From Deltaproteobacteria bacterium (GTDB lineage: Bacteria; Myxococcota; Kuafuiibacteriia; Kuafuiibacteriales; Kuafuiibacteriaceae): 64,000 nt of DNA. This document shows, piece after piece, positions 54,764-64,000 of the stretch. The translations under genes were made by a program, and so were the position numbers. The notes under the pieces are model-generated. The model was not told where the DNA came from. It made no database searches and saw only the letters and a program-made list of their open reading frames with translations. Each line of letters begins with the position of its first letter. Position 1 is the stretch's first letter. The DNA lies in contig JAVJQW010000067.1 in NCBI GenBank assembly GCA_040218735.1, positions 1 to 64,000 on the forward strand, in the 5' to 3' direction.

Positions 54764-56196
54764 GCGACGCCGAGCTTCTCCAAGAAGAGCTCCCTCAGCT
54801 CCATCGTCTCACGATCTCTGCTTCGAACGCCCGAAATTGCCTCGACGAGCTGGTCGTTGACGCGAACGCGTCCGCGGTCGTCGAGCTCGAGGAGCTCCTC
54901 GAGCGCGAGCTTGGCGAGCTTGGGATCGCCGAGCCCGACGACCTTCACGAGGAGGTTCTGGTCGGGCGGCAACGCGGACTGCCGTCGCCCGGGCGCGTTG
55001 GCGAGGCGCTCGACGAGCTCGTGCGCGATCTTCTTGGCCTTCTTCTTGTCCTCGGACATCCGCAGGGCCGTGGTGAGCGAGTCGATCTCGTTCACGCGGA
55101 CCTCGAAGTCCCCCTGCCCGGCGCGCGCCGCGGCGGCGGGCGCGGTCGGCGTGGACGGCGCGGTCGGCTCGCTCGGCGTGGGCGCGACGCCCTGTGCGGT
55201 CCAGTTGGGCGCCACCTTCTGGAAAGCCGCCTCCGCCTGCGCGCGCTTCTTGGCGGCGACGGTCATCTTCTTCGGCGCATCGGCGGCCCCCGCCGGGCCC
55301 GCGGCGCCGTTCGATGGGGTGGACGCGGCGGTCCGCACGGCCTCGTTGGTCTCGGACTTCGGTGCGGCGGATTTCTTTGGGGCCGCCTTGGGCGCCGCGG
55401 ATTTCCTTGCGGCCGCCTTCGGGACCGAGACCGTCTTCCCGGTCTTCGTCGGAGCGACGGCCTTGGCTGCTCCGGCCTTCGTCGTCTTCCGCGCTGCGGA
55501 TTTCGTTGCGGTCGTCTTCCGCGCTGCGAATTTCGTTGCGGCGGTCTTCCGCGCTGCGGATTTCGTTGCGGCGGTCTTCCGCGCTGCGGATTTCGTTGCG
55601 GTGGTCTTGGACGCTGCGGATTTCTTTGCGGTCGTCTTCCGCGCCGCGGATTTCTTTGCGGTCGTCTTCCGCGCCGCGGATTTCTTTGCGGTCGTCTTCG
55701 TTGCGGTGGCGTTCCGCGCCGCCGCCTTCTTCGCAGCGGTCTTCTTGGGCGCCGTCTTCCGCGCCGCGGATTTCTTTGCGGTCGCCTTGGACGCTGCGGA
55801 TTTCTTTGCGGTCGTCTTCGTTGCGGTGGCGTTCCTTGCGGCCGTCTTCCGCGCTGCGGATTTCTTTGCGGCCGTCTTCCGCACCGTGGATTTCTTTGCG
55901 GCCGTCTTCCGCGCCACGGATTTCTTTGCGTCCGTCTTCCGCGCCACGGATTTCTTTGCGCCCGTCTTCCGCGCCGCGGATTTCTTTGCGGCCGTCTTCC
56001 CGGCTGCGGATTTCTTTGCGGCCGTCTTCCCGGTTGCCGCCTTCTTCGCGCTCGCCTTCCGCGTCGTCGTCTTCTTCGCCGGCGCCTTCTTCTTCGCCGC
56101 CTTCGACTTCGTCCGCCGCGGCGTTCGCACCAGGCTCTTCTTGGACGCCGTGGTCGCGCTCTTCTTCGTCGCCTTCTTCTTCACGCGCTTCGCCAT
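54760..56196 (-). CDS. Histone H1/Hc2-like Lys-Ala-rich protein with C-terminal helical domain
   Basis: KTAAKKSAAR-like decapeptide repeats; RBS AAGGAG; coupled to the next gene by ATGA. Confidence 0.85.
   Translation of the reverse strand: MAKRVKKKATKKSATTASKKSLVRTPRRTKSKAAKKKAPAKKTTTRKASAKKAATGKTAAKKSAAGKTAAKKSAARKTGAKKSVARKTDAKKSVARKTAAKKSTVRKTAAKKSAARKTAARNATATKTTAKKSAASKATAKKSAARKTAPKKTAAKKAAARNATATKTTAKKSAARKTTAKKSAARKTTAKKSAASKTTATKSAARKTAATKSAARKTAATKFAARKTTATKSAARKTTKAGAAKAVAPTKTGKTVSVPKAAARKSAAPKAAPKKSAAPKSETNEAVRTAASTPSNGAAGPAGAADAPKKMTVAAKKRAQAEAAFQKVAPNWTAQGVAPTPSEPTAPSTPTAPAAAARAGQGDFEVRVNEIDSLTTALRMSEDKKKAKKIAHELVERLANAPGRRQSALPPDQNLLVKVVGLGDPKLAKLALEELLELDDRGRVRVNDQLVEAISGVRSRDRETMELRELFLEKLGVA
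55480..56050 (-). repeat. 30-bp coding tandem repeats
   Basis: GCGGATTTCTTTGCGGyCGTCTTCCGCGCy-type units on the + strand. Confidence 0.85.
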
Positions 56197-56224
56197 TCGA
56201 ACTGTCTCCTTCGTTCGGGCTCGA

Positions 56225-58432
56225 CTAGAAGCCCAGGCCACCCTCGTAGGCGGCCGTCAGGTCGGCCAGCGCCACGTCCAGGTGCCCATCGATCTTGAAT
56301 TGGTCGCCCCCGACCACGCCCACGCGCTCACACGGCGCGCCGGCATCCGCCGCGATGCGGGCGAGCTCGTCCGCCGACGACGGCGCCACGGACACGAGGA
56401 TCATCGAGGGCCCTTCGCCGAAGAGCCGAAGTGCCTCGGCCGCGCTCCCCGGCAAGCGCGCCTGCACGCCGCGCCCGCCGCGGATCGCGCTCTCCGCGAG
56501 CGCGACGGCGAACCCGCCCTCCGAGAGGTCGTGCGCGCTCCGCGCGACACCGCCCCGCACCGCCGCCAGACAGGCCGCGTGCACCGCGCGCGCCCGGTCC
56601 AGGTTCGGCTCCGGCGGCCGGCCGGACAGCTTGCCTTGCTCCATCAGCTGCAGCTCGCTGCCTGCGAACGACACGTCGTCCAGCGTCCCCAGCAGGAACA
56701 CCAGATCCCCGTCGTCCACGAAGCCCGCGCCCGTCGCGCGCGCCACGTCATCGACCACGCCGACCATCGCGATCGTCGGCGTCGGCAGGATCGCCCGCCC
56801 CTCCGTCTCGTTGTAGAGCGACACGTTCCCGGAGACGATCGGCGCCGACACCGCGCGGCAGCCCTCGCCCATCCCGCGGATCGCCTCCACGAAGGTCCAC
56901 ATGACCTCCGGCTTCTCCGGATTCCCGAAGTTCAGGCAGTCGGTCGAGGCTTTCGGCTCCGCCCCCACGCACACCAAGTTGCGCGCCGCCTCCAGCACCC
57001 CGAGCAACGTCCCGCGGTACGGATCCAGCCACACGTAGCGCCCGTTCATGTCCGACGTCATCGCGACCCCGCGCGACGTCGAAGTCGTCGGCGCGAGGTC
57101 CGCGTCCGGCAGCCGAATCACCGCCGCGTCACCCCCGCCCGGCCCGATGACCGTCGAGGCGCGCACGCTCGAGTCGTACTGCTCCCAAATCCACTTCTTC
57201 GAAGCGATCGTCGGCTGCGCCAGCAGCGCCAGCAACCGCGCGTCCGCCGCACCCGAGCCGATCGGCGCCTCCTGCCAACGCACGTCGAGGTCCGCCGGTG
57301 GCGCGTACGGCCGGTCGTAGTTCGGCGCGTCCTCCACGATCAGCGGCACCGGCAGATTCACGACGACCTCGTCGCCGTCCTTCACCACCACGTGCCGCGT
57401 ATCGGTCACGACGCCGACCACCGACGAATCGAGCCCCCACTTGTCGAAGATCCGCGAGACCACATCCGTGCGGTCCGGCTTCACCACCATGAGCATCCGC
57501 TCCTGGCTCTCCGACAGCAGCACCTCGTACGGCGTCATCCCCGTCTCGCGCCGCGGCACCTTCGCCACGTCGATCTCGATCCCGAGGCCGCCCTTCGAAG
57601 CCATCTCACACGACGAGCTCGTCAGCCCCGCCGCACCCATGTCCTGGATCGCGACGATCGCGTCTTCCTTCATCAGCTCGAGGCACGCCTCGAGGAGCTT
57701 CTTCTCCGTGAAGGGGTCACCGACCTGCACCCGCGGGCGCTTCGCCTCGCTGCCCTCGCCGAACTCCTCCGACGCCATCGTCGCGCCGTGAATCCCGTCG
57801 CGCCCGGTCTTGCTCCCGACGTACATCACGGTCCCGCCCACGCCGGGCGGCGCCGAACGGAAGATCCGATCCGCACGCAGCACCCCGAGCGTGAACGCAT
57901 TCACCAGGATGTTCCCGTCGTAGCTCGCGTCGAACGCGACCTCGCCGCCGACCGTCGGCACGCCCATGCAATTGCCGTAACCGCCGATCCCCGCGACCAC
58001 GCCCTCCACGAGGAAACGCATCCGCGGCGCATCGAGGCGACCGAACCGCAGCGAGTTCAGCGAAGCCACCGGCCGCGCGCCCATCGTGAAGACGTCGCGC
58101 ATGATCCCACCGACGCCGGTCGCCGCACCCTGGTACGGCTCGATGAACGACGGGTGATTGTGTGACTCCATCTTGAAGCACACCGCGAGCCCGTCCCCGA
58201 CGTCGATCACACCCGCGTTCTCACCGGGCCCCTGCAGCACCCACTCCGCCTCCGTCGGCAGCGTCTTGAGGTGCCGCCGCGAAGACTTGTACGAGCAGTG
58301 CTCGCTCCACATCACGGAGAGGACACCGAGCTCCTCCCACGTCGGGTCGCGCCCCAGACGATCCAGGATCAGCTCCCACTCGTCCTGCGTGAGCCCGTGC
58401 TCCTTCGCGACCTTCGCGTTGACCTCACTCAC
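56225..58432 (-). CDS. purL: Phosphoribosylformylglycinamidine synthase subunit PurL
   Basis: [51 protein letters not shown]. Confidence 0.97.
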   Translation of the reverse strand: MSEVNAKVAKEHGLTQDEWELILDRLGRDPTWEELGVLSVMWSEHCSYKSSRRHLKTLPTEAEWVLQGPGENAGVIDVGDGLAVCFKMESHNHPSFIEPYQGAATGVGGIMRDVFTMGARPVASLNSLRFGRLDAPRMRFLVEGVVAGIGGYGNCMGVPTVGGEVAFDASYDGNILVNAFTLGVLRADRIFRSAPPGVGGTVMYVGSKTGRDGIHGATMASEEFGEGSEAKRPRVQVGDPFTEKKLLEACLELMKEDAIVAIQDMGAAGLTSSSCEMASKGGLGIEIDVAKVPRRETGMTPYEVLLSESQERMLMVVKPDRTDVVSRIFDKWGLDSSVVGVVTDTRHVVVKDGDEVVVNLPVPLIVEDAPNYDRPYAPPADLDVRWQEAPIGSGAADARLLALLAQPTIASKKWIWEQYDSSVRASTVIGPGGGDAAVIRLPDADLAPTTSTSRGVAMTSDMNGRYVWLDPYRGTLLGVLEAARNLVCVGAEPKASTDCLNFGNPEKPEVMWTFVEAIRGMGEGCRAVSAPIVSGNVSLYNETEGRAILPTPTIAMVGVVDDVARATGAGFVDDGDLVFLLGTLDDVSFAGSELQLMEQGKLSGRPPEPNLDRARAVHAACLAAVRGGVARSAHDLSEGGFAVALAESAIRGGRGVQARLPGSAAEALRLFGEGPSMILVSVAPSSADELARIAADAGAPCERVGVVGGDQFKIDGHLDVALADLTAAYEGGLGF

Positions 58433-59109
58433 GCCGAGGCCTCCCCGTCGATCGCCGCCTGAATCGAACGGAACACCCCGAGCCCATCCGTGAGCCGCAG
58501 CGCGTCCTCCGCCGCCCGCTCCGGGTGCGGCATCATTCCGAGCACGTTGCGCTCGGGGTTCACGATCCCCGCGATGTCCGCGGCCGATCCGTTCGGGTTG
58601 TCGCCTGCATACCGGAACACGACTCGTCCTTCGCGCTCGAGCGCGGCCACCGTGTCGGGTGGTGCGAAGTATCGCCCTTCGTGGTGCGCCACGGGGATCC
58701 GAATCGTGTCCCCCACGGCGTAGGCCGAAGAAAACGGCGTCGAAGCCTCCACGCGGAGCGACACCACCCGGCACACGAACTTGTGTGATGCGTTCTCCAG
58801 CATCGCGCCGGGCAACAGGTTCGCCTCGAGCAGCACCTGGAATCCGTTGCAGATCCCCAAGACGTAACCCCCGCGATCCGCGAAGGCCTTCACCGCCCCC
58901 ATGATCCGCGAGAACCGCGCCAGCGCGCCGCTGCGCAGCGCGTCACCGTACGAGAAGCCGCCGGGGAGCACCACGAGGTCCGTGCCCGCCGGGAGCTCGC
59001 TGGTCTCGTGCCAGACGAGCTCGGCGTGCGCACCGAGGACGTTCCGCACGACGTGCACGGCGTCCTCGTCACAGTTGGAGCCGGGGAACGTGACGACCGA
59101 GACTCTCAA
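58429..59109 (-). CDS. purQ: FGAM synthase glutaminase subunit
   Basis: [28 protein letters not shown]. Confidence 0.97.
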   Translation of the reverse strand: MRVSVVTFPGSNCDEDAVHVVRNVLGAHAELVWHETSELPAGTDLVVLPGGFSYGDALRSGALARFSRIMGAVKAFADRGGYVLGICNGFQVLLEANLLPGAMLENASHKFVCRVVSLRVEASTPFSSAYAVGDTIRIPVAHHEGRYFAPPDTVAALEREGRVVFRYAGDNPNGSAADIAGIVNPERNVLGMMPHPERAAEDALRLTDGLGVFRSIQAAIDGEASA

Positions 59110-59117
59110 GACAACCT

Positions 59118-59354
59118 CTAGAACTCGACTTCGAAGTCTTCGATGACCGTGTTGGCGAGGAGCTGCCGGCCCATCTCTTCGAGGTGCTTGCGCGCCTCGT
59201 CCTCGGGCATGTCGTCGAGCTCGACCTCGAGGACCTTCCCGATCCGGACACCCTTCACTTGGGAGAAACCGAGCTGGTTGAGACTGGTGGCCACCGCCTG
59301 CCCCGCGGGGTCGAGGACCCCCTGGCGCAGCGTCACGAGGACTTTGGCGTGCAT
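59118..59354 (-). CDS. purS: FGAM synthase subunit PurS
   Basis: VLDPAGQAV...VRIGK...LLANTVIEDF. Confidence 0.95.
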   Translation of the reverse strand: MHAKVLVTLRQGVLDPAGQAVATSLNQLGFSQVKGVRIGKVLEVELDDMPEDEARKHLEEMGRQLLANTVIEDFEVEF

Positions 59355-59397
59355 GATCGACGCGCGGTTAGCAATCCCCGCCTAGAACAGTCAACTA

Positions 59398-60741
59398 TCA
59401 CCGGCCGAACGGGAGCCTTCCCGCGTGCCAACCGGCACGGTGACGCTGGTTTCGACCGAGCCAGTCGACGAGCCCGTGGAAGAGCGCCGAGCGGCCGCGC
59501 GCACCGGCGTGGGGGCTCATGCGGGCGCGGACGTGGTCGCGCGTCGACTCGGGAGGGACTGCACCGTCGAGGAGACGACCGTTGTGCACGACGTTCCGCC
59601 CGTCGACCCACACGCTCTTCACCAGATCCGATCCGCCGTGCTCGACGATCCGGCGCGCGACCTCCTCGTGCCCTTCGCCCTCCTCCGCCGTCACGTCCAC
59701 CAACAACAGATCCGCGCGGTGCCCGACCTCGATGCTCCCCACCCCGAGCCCCAACGCCTTGCCTCCGCCACGCGTCGCGATCTCCAACGCACGCGACGCC
59801 GGACGATCCGCCCGCCCCACGAGCAGCCGCCGCAACAGGCGCACCTCACGGAACAGATCGAACCCGCACCGCGTCGCTCCCGTCTCCGCGCCGAGCGCGA
59901 GGTTCACCTCCGCCGCCAGCAACGTCTCCAGCGGGGGCGACGGCGCGCCCGAGAGGATGTCGAACGACGGTGTCAGCACCACCGACGCCTCCGCCGACGC
60001 CAGGCGCTCCGCGTCGCGCTTCGCGGCGATCGCCGCGCCGTTCGCGTGCGCCAACACCACCCGCGTGTCGAACGCGTCCAACCGCTCGATCCGACGCACA
60101 CCGCCCCGATCCTGCGGGAGCATCCCGAGGTGCATCATCAGCGGCACCCGCGTGTGGTGCGCGGCGTCGACCGCGAGTCGAATCCCGCGACGCGTCGTGC
60201 GCTCCGCGTCGCCGCCCCACACCGCCGGCGCGAGGAACGTCCGCGCCTCGGCCTTGGCCTGCTCCTCCAACACGGCGATCTCCGCGCCCGCGTGCTGCGC
60301 CATGCCGTCGATCCCCAACACCAAGCGCGCCCCGAGGCGACTCGCCGCCTTGGTCAGGCTCGGTCCCGCCGACCCGTGGCCCGCCTGCGCGAACGTCGTG
60401 GTCCCGCTCATCAGCCCGAGGCCGAACGCGACGGACGCGCTCACGTCGAGCGCGTCGGCGTCCAACGCGGCTCGCCAGGCTGCGACCTGCGCGTGGTGAT
60501 AGACGTGCGGATCGAGATCCGGGACGAAGTGTTTGTCGAGCAGCGCCTGCTCGACGTGCACGTGGGCATCGACGAGGCCGGGCATGAGCACACCTTCGAC
60601 GTCGAAGATCTGCGTCTCCTGCGTGTCGAGCGTACCGCCCGCGGCGGCGATGACGCCGTCGTCGATCAGTACGTCGCTCTTCTTCAGCGTGCGCCGACCG
60701 TCGAGCGCCATGACGGTCGCGCCGCGCAAGATCACGCGCAC
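59398..60741 (-). CDS. Amidohydrolase superfamily protein (MTA/SAH/guanine deaminase-like)
   Basis: PGLVDAHVH, SGTTT, ATRGGGKALG, GSIEVGHRADL, VWVDGR. Confidence 0.8.
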   Translation of the reverse strand: MRVILRGATVMALDGRRTLKKSDVLIDDGVIAAAGGTLDTQETQIFDVEGVLMPGLVDAHVHVEQALLDKHFVPDLDPHVYHHAQVAAWRAALDADALDVSASVAFGLGLMSGTTTFAQAGHGSAGPSLTKAASRLGARLVLGIDGMAQHAGAEIAVLEEQAKAEARTFLAPAVWGGDAERTTRRGIRLAVDAAHHTRVPLMMHLGMLPQDRGGVRRIERLDAFDTRVVLAHANGAAIAAKRDAERLASAEASVVLTPSFDILSGAPSPPLETLLAAEVNLALGAETGATRCGFDLFREVRLLRRLLVGRADRPASRALEIATRGGGKALGLGVGSIEVGHRADLLLVDVTAEEGEGHEEVARRIVEHGGSDLVKSVWVDGRNVVHNGRLLDGAVPPESTRDHVRARMSPHAGARGRSALFHGLVDWLGRNQRHRAGWHAGRLPFGR

Positions 60742-60752
60742 GGCACCGGGTT

Positions 60753-61736
60753 CTACCCCGAGCGTGGGCTCGAATACCAACGGCGAAGCACGTCCGCCGC
60801 CGGCTTCTTCCGTGGGGTGTAGTTGGTGTCCTCGGGGCCCCCGAACCCGAACCAGTTCCAAAAGTACGTGCCCTGTAGCGCCTCGACCCCGCTCCAGGCG
60901 CGGACGAAGGCCTCGTAGGCGCGTCGCTGCTCGTCGAGGTCCACGGGGGCCTTGCGCGTCTCGTTCCACGGCCAGGACGCTCCGCCGTCGAGGGACGGAT
61001 AACCCACTTCCGTGAACACGAACCGCCGACCGGTGCGCCGCGACCAATCCAGGAGCGCCGGTCGAATCGCGCTCCACGCGAAGACCAAATCGTTCACGGA
61101 CGGATCCGGATCCTTCGTGAGCTCCCAGTACGCGGTGAGCCCGACGACGTCGACCGCGTCCCAGAAACTCACCGGCTGGAAGTGATCCCAGTTCGCGCTG
61201 TAGAGCAGCTCGAGGTCCGGCGCGCGCATCCGCACGCGCTCGATCAGCTCCAGCCACCGCACGCGCATCGGCTCGCGGGTGAGCAGCTCGCTGCCGATGC
61301 AGAGCCGGTCCGCGCCCGCCTGTTTGGCGAGGGACAGCGCGTGGATCATGAACGCCGTGTAGCTCGACCACCACGCGTCCTCGTTCGTCGGCCGGATGCG
61401 GCCGCGCCACTCGTTGGCCTCGGACTTCACCAGGCGCACGATCGGGAACGCGGTGACGTGCAGCCCCGCGGCCTTCGCGCGTTTCAGGGTGTCGAGGATC
61501 TGTTCGTCGGTCGCGCTCCATCCGGCGACGCGGTGGATGTCGTTCGCGCGCACGTCGTCCTGCCACCACACCCAGGTGATCGACACGTGCGTCGCCCCGG
61601 TCTCGACGATCTCTTCGAGCAGCTCAGTGTAGCGGTAGTCGGGGTCCGCCGAGAACAAGCCGAGCGCGACGCCCTTTTCGGCCGGGGCTCCGGTCGACGC
61701 CAGCAGCGCGGCAGTGATGGCGACGGCGACGCTCAC
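60753..61736 (-). CDS. Secreted glycoside hydrolase family 113-like protein
   Basis: Signal peptide; WRGRIRP, IGSEL, YSANWD, FTEVGY. Confidence 0.8.
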   Translation of the reverse strand: MSVAVAITAALLASTGAPAEKGVALGLFSADPDYRYTELLEEIVETGATHVSITWVWWQDDVRANDIHRVAGWSATDEQILDTLKRAKAAGLHVTAFPIVRLVKSEANEWRGRIRPTNEDAWWSSYTAFMIHALSLAKQAGADRLCIGSELLTREPMRVRWLELIERVRMRAPDLELLYSANWDHFQPVSFWDAVDVVGLTAYWELTKDPDPSVNDLVFAWSAIRPALLDWSRRTGRRFVFTEVGYPSLDGGASWPWNETRKAPVDLDEQRRAYEAFVRAWSGVEALQGTYFWNWFGFGGPEDTNYTPRKKPAADVLRRWYSSPRSG

Positions 61737-63199
61737 GGTGCGAACAGGTGCACGTCCGAGACGCTCTTGAGCCAGGCGGTCGGCCCCTTCTTCGAGAGCG
61801 AGCGGCGAAACGACAGCAGCAGGGACGGCAGGTCGTACAGGCGGAGGTCGTCGAGCTCGCCGTCGAGGTCGCGGCCGACGAGCACGCCGACGCCGAATGG
61901 TCTGGCCTTCTCCAGCGCGGTCTTGGTCTCGGCGTCGAGGGGGCACGCCTTCGGGGTGCGTCGATCGGCGAGGATCGCGGTGATGCAGGGCATCGCGAAC
62001 GTATCGCGCTGGGCGTCGATGCGGCGCGTCGCGGTGACGCCCGCGAGCTCGAACATCCGGGTGACGAGGCGGCTCGCGCGCGGCGTCGAGGTGCGATCGA
62101 CGATGATGATGCGGGGCTTCGTCTTGGCGATCTTTCGCAGGATGTCCGACGCCGGGCGGACCCACTCGAGGAGCTCCGACTCGTCACCGCGCGCGACCCA
62201 CAGGACGACGGCGCCCTTGTCGAGCTCGGCGAGCGTCGAGGTCATCGATGTCAGGCCGGCGAGGCGCTTCGTGTCGAAGCCGGGATCGAGGGTGACGTCC
62301 GCCTTGTTGGCGGCGCCGAGGTTCTGCGTCTCGCGCGCCGCGCGGGCGCAGGCGTCTGAGGTGGGGATGCGGTCGGCGTCGTAGCAGAGGTTGTCGAGCG
62401 CGCGGTTGCGGATGGCCGCGATGAACGGCGCGACGGAGAGCCGTTGGTAGAGGCCGGCGGCTTCGAGGAGGGTCTTCTTCTGCGTGTCGCCCGACTCCCA
62501 GACGGCGCGCTCGCCGAGGAGGCGGGCGTGGGTGGCGAGTACGGCGGTCAGATCGATCACCGCCCACTTCGAGCTCGGCTCGACGGAGACGGTCTCGATC
62601 GCGTCGGCGAGCATCCCGGGGGTGTAGCCGTCGCTCGCGGCGCGGGCGCGCTGGGCCTGGATGTTGGCGGTCAGGGCGATGGCGTGGACCGAGCCGCCCT
62701 CCAGCGCGCGGCGCGCCGCCTTCTCCGCTTCGGCGAAGTCTTCGCGGGCGGCGAGGAGGCGTGCGCGGATCACGTCGAGGCGCGGCGACTGCACAAACGC
62801 CTCGGCGCCGGTGAGGAGCGCCAGCGCACCCTCGGGATCGCTGCGGAAGCAGGCGGTGGCGACGTGCTCGATCGTGTCGATCGCGAGCTGCGTCGGCAGG
62901 TAGTTCTCCTCGCTCGAAAACGAGGTCGACCACTTCGCGACCTCCAGGAACTCGTCGCGTTCCTTGGCGTCGACGCAGACCGGCCGGACGAGCGGGTAGA
63001 GCTTCGTCGCGCGGTTCGTCGACTCCGGCGGCTCCCTCAGGAGGTTCCGAATCTTGATGAACCGCGTGTCGTCGCGGGTCGGAGGGAGGTCGTAGCCGAT
63101 GATCCGCACCCCCGCGTCCGGCGCACCGCCCACGGGCGGCACCGGATCGGCCTTACACGCCACCGAGGCGACAAGGAGTGTGCCGAGGGCCCACTTCAT
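61733..63199 (-). CDS. Lipoprotein with TPR-like helical region, unknown function
   Basis: Lipobox SVAC; GTGA overlap with the GH113-like gene. Confidence 0.75.
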   Translation of the reverse strand: MKWALGTLLVASVACKADPVPPVGGAPDAGVRIIGYDLPPTRDDTRFIKIRNLLREPPESTNRATKLYPLVRPVCVDAKERDEFLEVAKWSTSFSSEENYLPTQLAIDTIEHVATACFRSDPEGALALLTGAEAFVQSPRLDVIRARLLAAREDFAEAEKAARRALEGGSVHAIALTANIQAQRARAASDGYTPGMLADAIETVSVEPSSKWAVIDLTAVLATHARLLGERAVWESGDTQKKTLLEAAGLYQRLSVAPFIAAIRNRALDNLCYDADRIPTSDACARAARETQNLGAANKADVTLDPGFDTKRLAGLTSMTSTLAELDKGAVVLWVARGDESELLEWVRPASDILRKIAKTKPRIIIVDRTSTPRASRLVTRMFELAGVTATRRIDAQRDTFAMPCITAILADRRTPKACPLDAETKTALEKARPFGVGVLVGRDLDGELDDLRLYDLPSLLLSFRRSLSKKGPTAWLKSVSDVHLFAP

Positions 63200-63267
63200 C
63201 CCCCGAGCACACCCCGGTTCACGCCAGCGGGGCAACGCCTTTCAGCCCGCCCAAGGGCCGCGCCAGC

Positions 63268-64000
63268 AGAGGGCGCAGCCCGAAGCGCGCAGCGCGGCGC
63301 AGCCGCGCGAAGGGCCGCACGCGGTCGCCGTCAGCGCACGCAAGCGAAGGGCGAAGCCCGTAGCGCGCAGCGAGCCGAAGGCGACCATAACGCACCGCCG
63401 CTTCGCGGCCGTGCTTGGCACGGGCCTCGGACCGACCGCTTCGCGCTCGGCCTCACCCCCAGAGCGAAGAACTCCGGGCGGAGGCCGTCAGCAACTCCCG
63501 CAAGCGAAGGGCGCAGCCCGAAGCGCGCACCGCGGCGCAGCCGCGCGAAGGGCCGCAGGCCGACTTGTCGGCCAATAACGGCCAAGCCCGGGCAAGCGAA
63601 GCGCGCAGCGCGCCGAAGAACCGCAGGCGGTCGCCGTCAGCGCACCCGCAAGCGAAGGGCGAAGCCCGTAGCGCGCAGCGCGGCGCAGCCGCGCGAAGGG
63701 CCGCAGGCCGACTTGTCGGCCGATAACGGCCAAGTCCGGGCAAGCGAAGGGCGCAGCTCGAAGCGGGCAGCGCGGCGCAGCCGCGCGAAGGGCCGCAGGC
63801 CGACTTGTCGGCCGATAACGGCCAAGTCCGGGCAAGCGAAGGGCGAAGCCCGAAGCGCGCAGCGCGGCGCAGCCGCGCGAAGGGCCGCAGGCCAACTTGT
63901 TGGCCGATAACGGCCAAGTCCGGGCAAGCGAAGGGCGAAGCCCGAGCGCGCAGCGAGCCGAAGGCGAGCGAAGAGCCGCAGGACCAACTTGTTGGCCGTT
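63268..64000. repeat. Non-coding array of 92-bp hairpin-rich repeats (REP/BIME-like), running to the window edge
   Basis: Units start at 63648, 63740, 63832 and 63924 (GCAAGCGAAGGGCG...), with degenerate or partial copies at ~63268, 63340 and 63500. Confidence 0.9.

Noticed and set aside
53858-58165. 1435-aa plus-strand ORF and similar long antisense ORFs (19325-22372, 37967-40042, 40083-42272, 48423-50369)
   Set aside because: These are shadow frames of recognisable opposite-strand genes in high-GC DNA, with Arg/Ala-rich non-protein-like composition.
63268-64000. CRISPR array
   Set aside because: Units are near-identical along their whole length with no unique spacers, and no cas genes are in the window.
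1-64000. tRNA or rRNA genes
   Set aside because: No cloverleaf or rRNA-like segment was recognised in the intergenic regions.

Overview
High-GC bacterial chromosomal segment, most likely Myxococcota (inferred from MYXO-CTERM-like tails, Cys-rich lipoproteins and FHA / Ser-Thr kinase / sigma-54 activator genes). The first ~3.2 kb is decayed mobile DNA (IS21/IS66 chimera, IS630 fragment, frameshifted tyrosine recombinase) around a lower-GC ORF with MACPF/CDC pore-forming motifs. A well-formed XerCD dif site lies at 6948-6975. The rest carries dps, envelope and lipoprotein genes, a LytS/LytTR pair with AlgR-type boxes upstream of a DUF2306-like gene, a TetR-desaturase cassette, a fused LeuD-LeuC aconitase-family enzyme, a diiron(DUF455)/ATP-grasp fusion, pdxJ, aroC, beta-oxidation genes, signalling genes, and a purSQL run containing a histone H1-like protein and a catalytically degenerate DapA homologue. 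It ends in a 92-bp hairpin-rich repeat array. The best candidate for an undescribed system is the bacillithiol operon bshC-bshB1-bshA, translationally coupled to a probably exported PIG-L/LmbE deacetylase, a small membrane protein and a Na+:solute symporter, with DUF2911 upstream; this suggests bacillithiol salvage or recycling. All calls come from motif recognition by eye, with no database searches, and several start codons are estimates.
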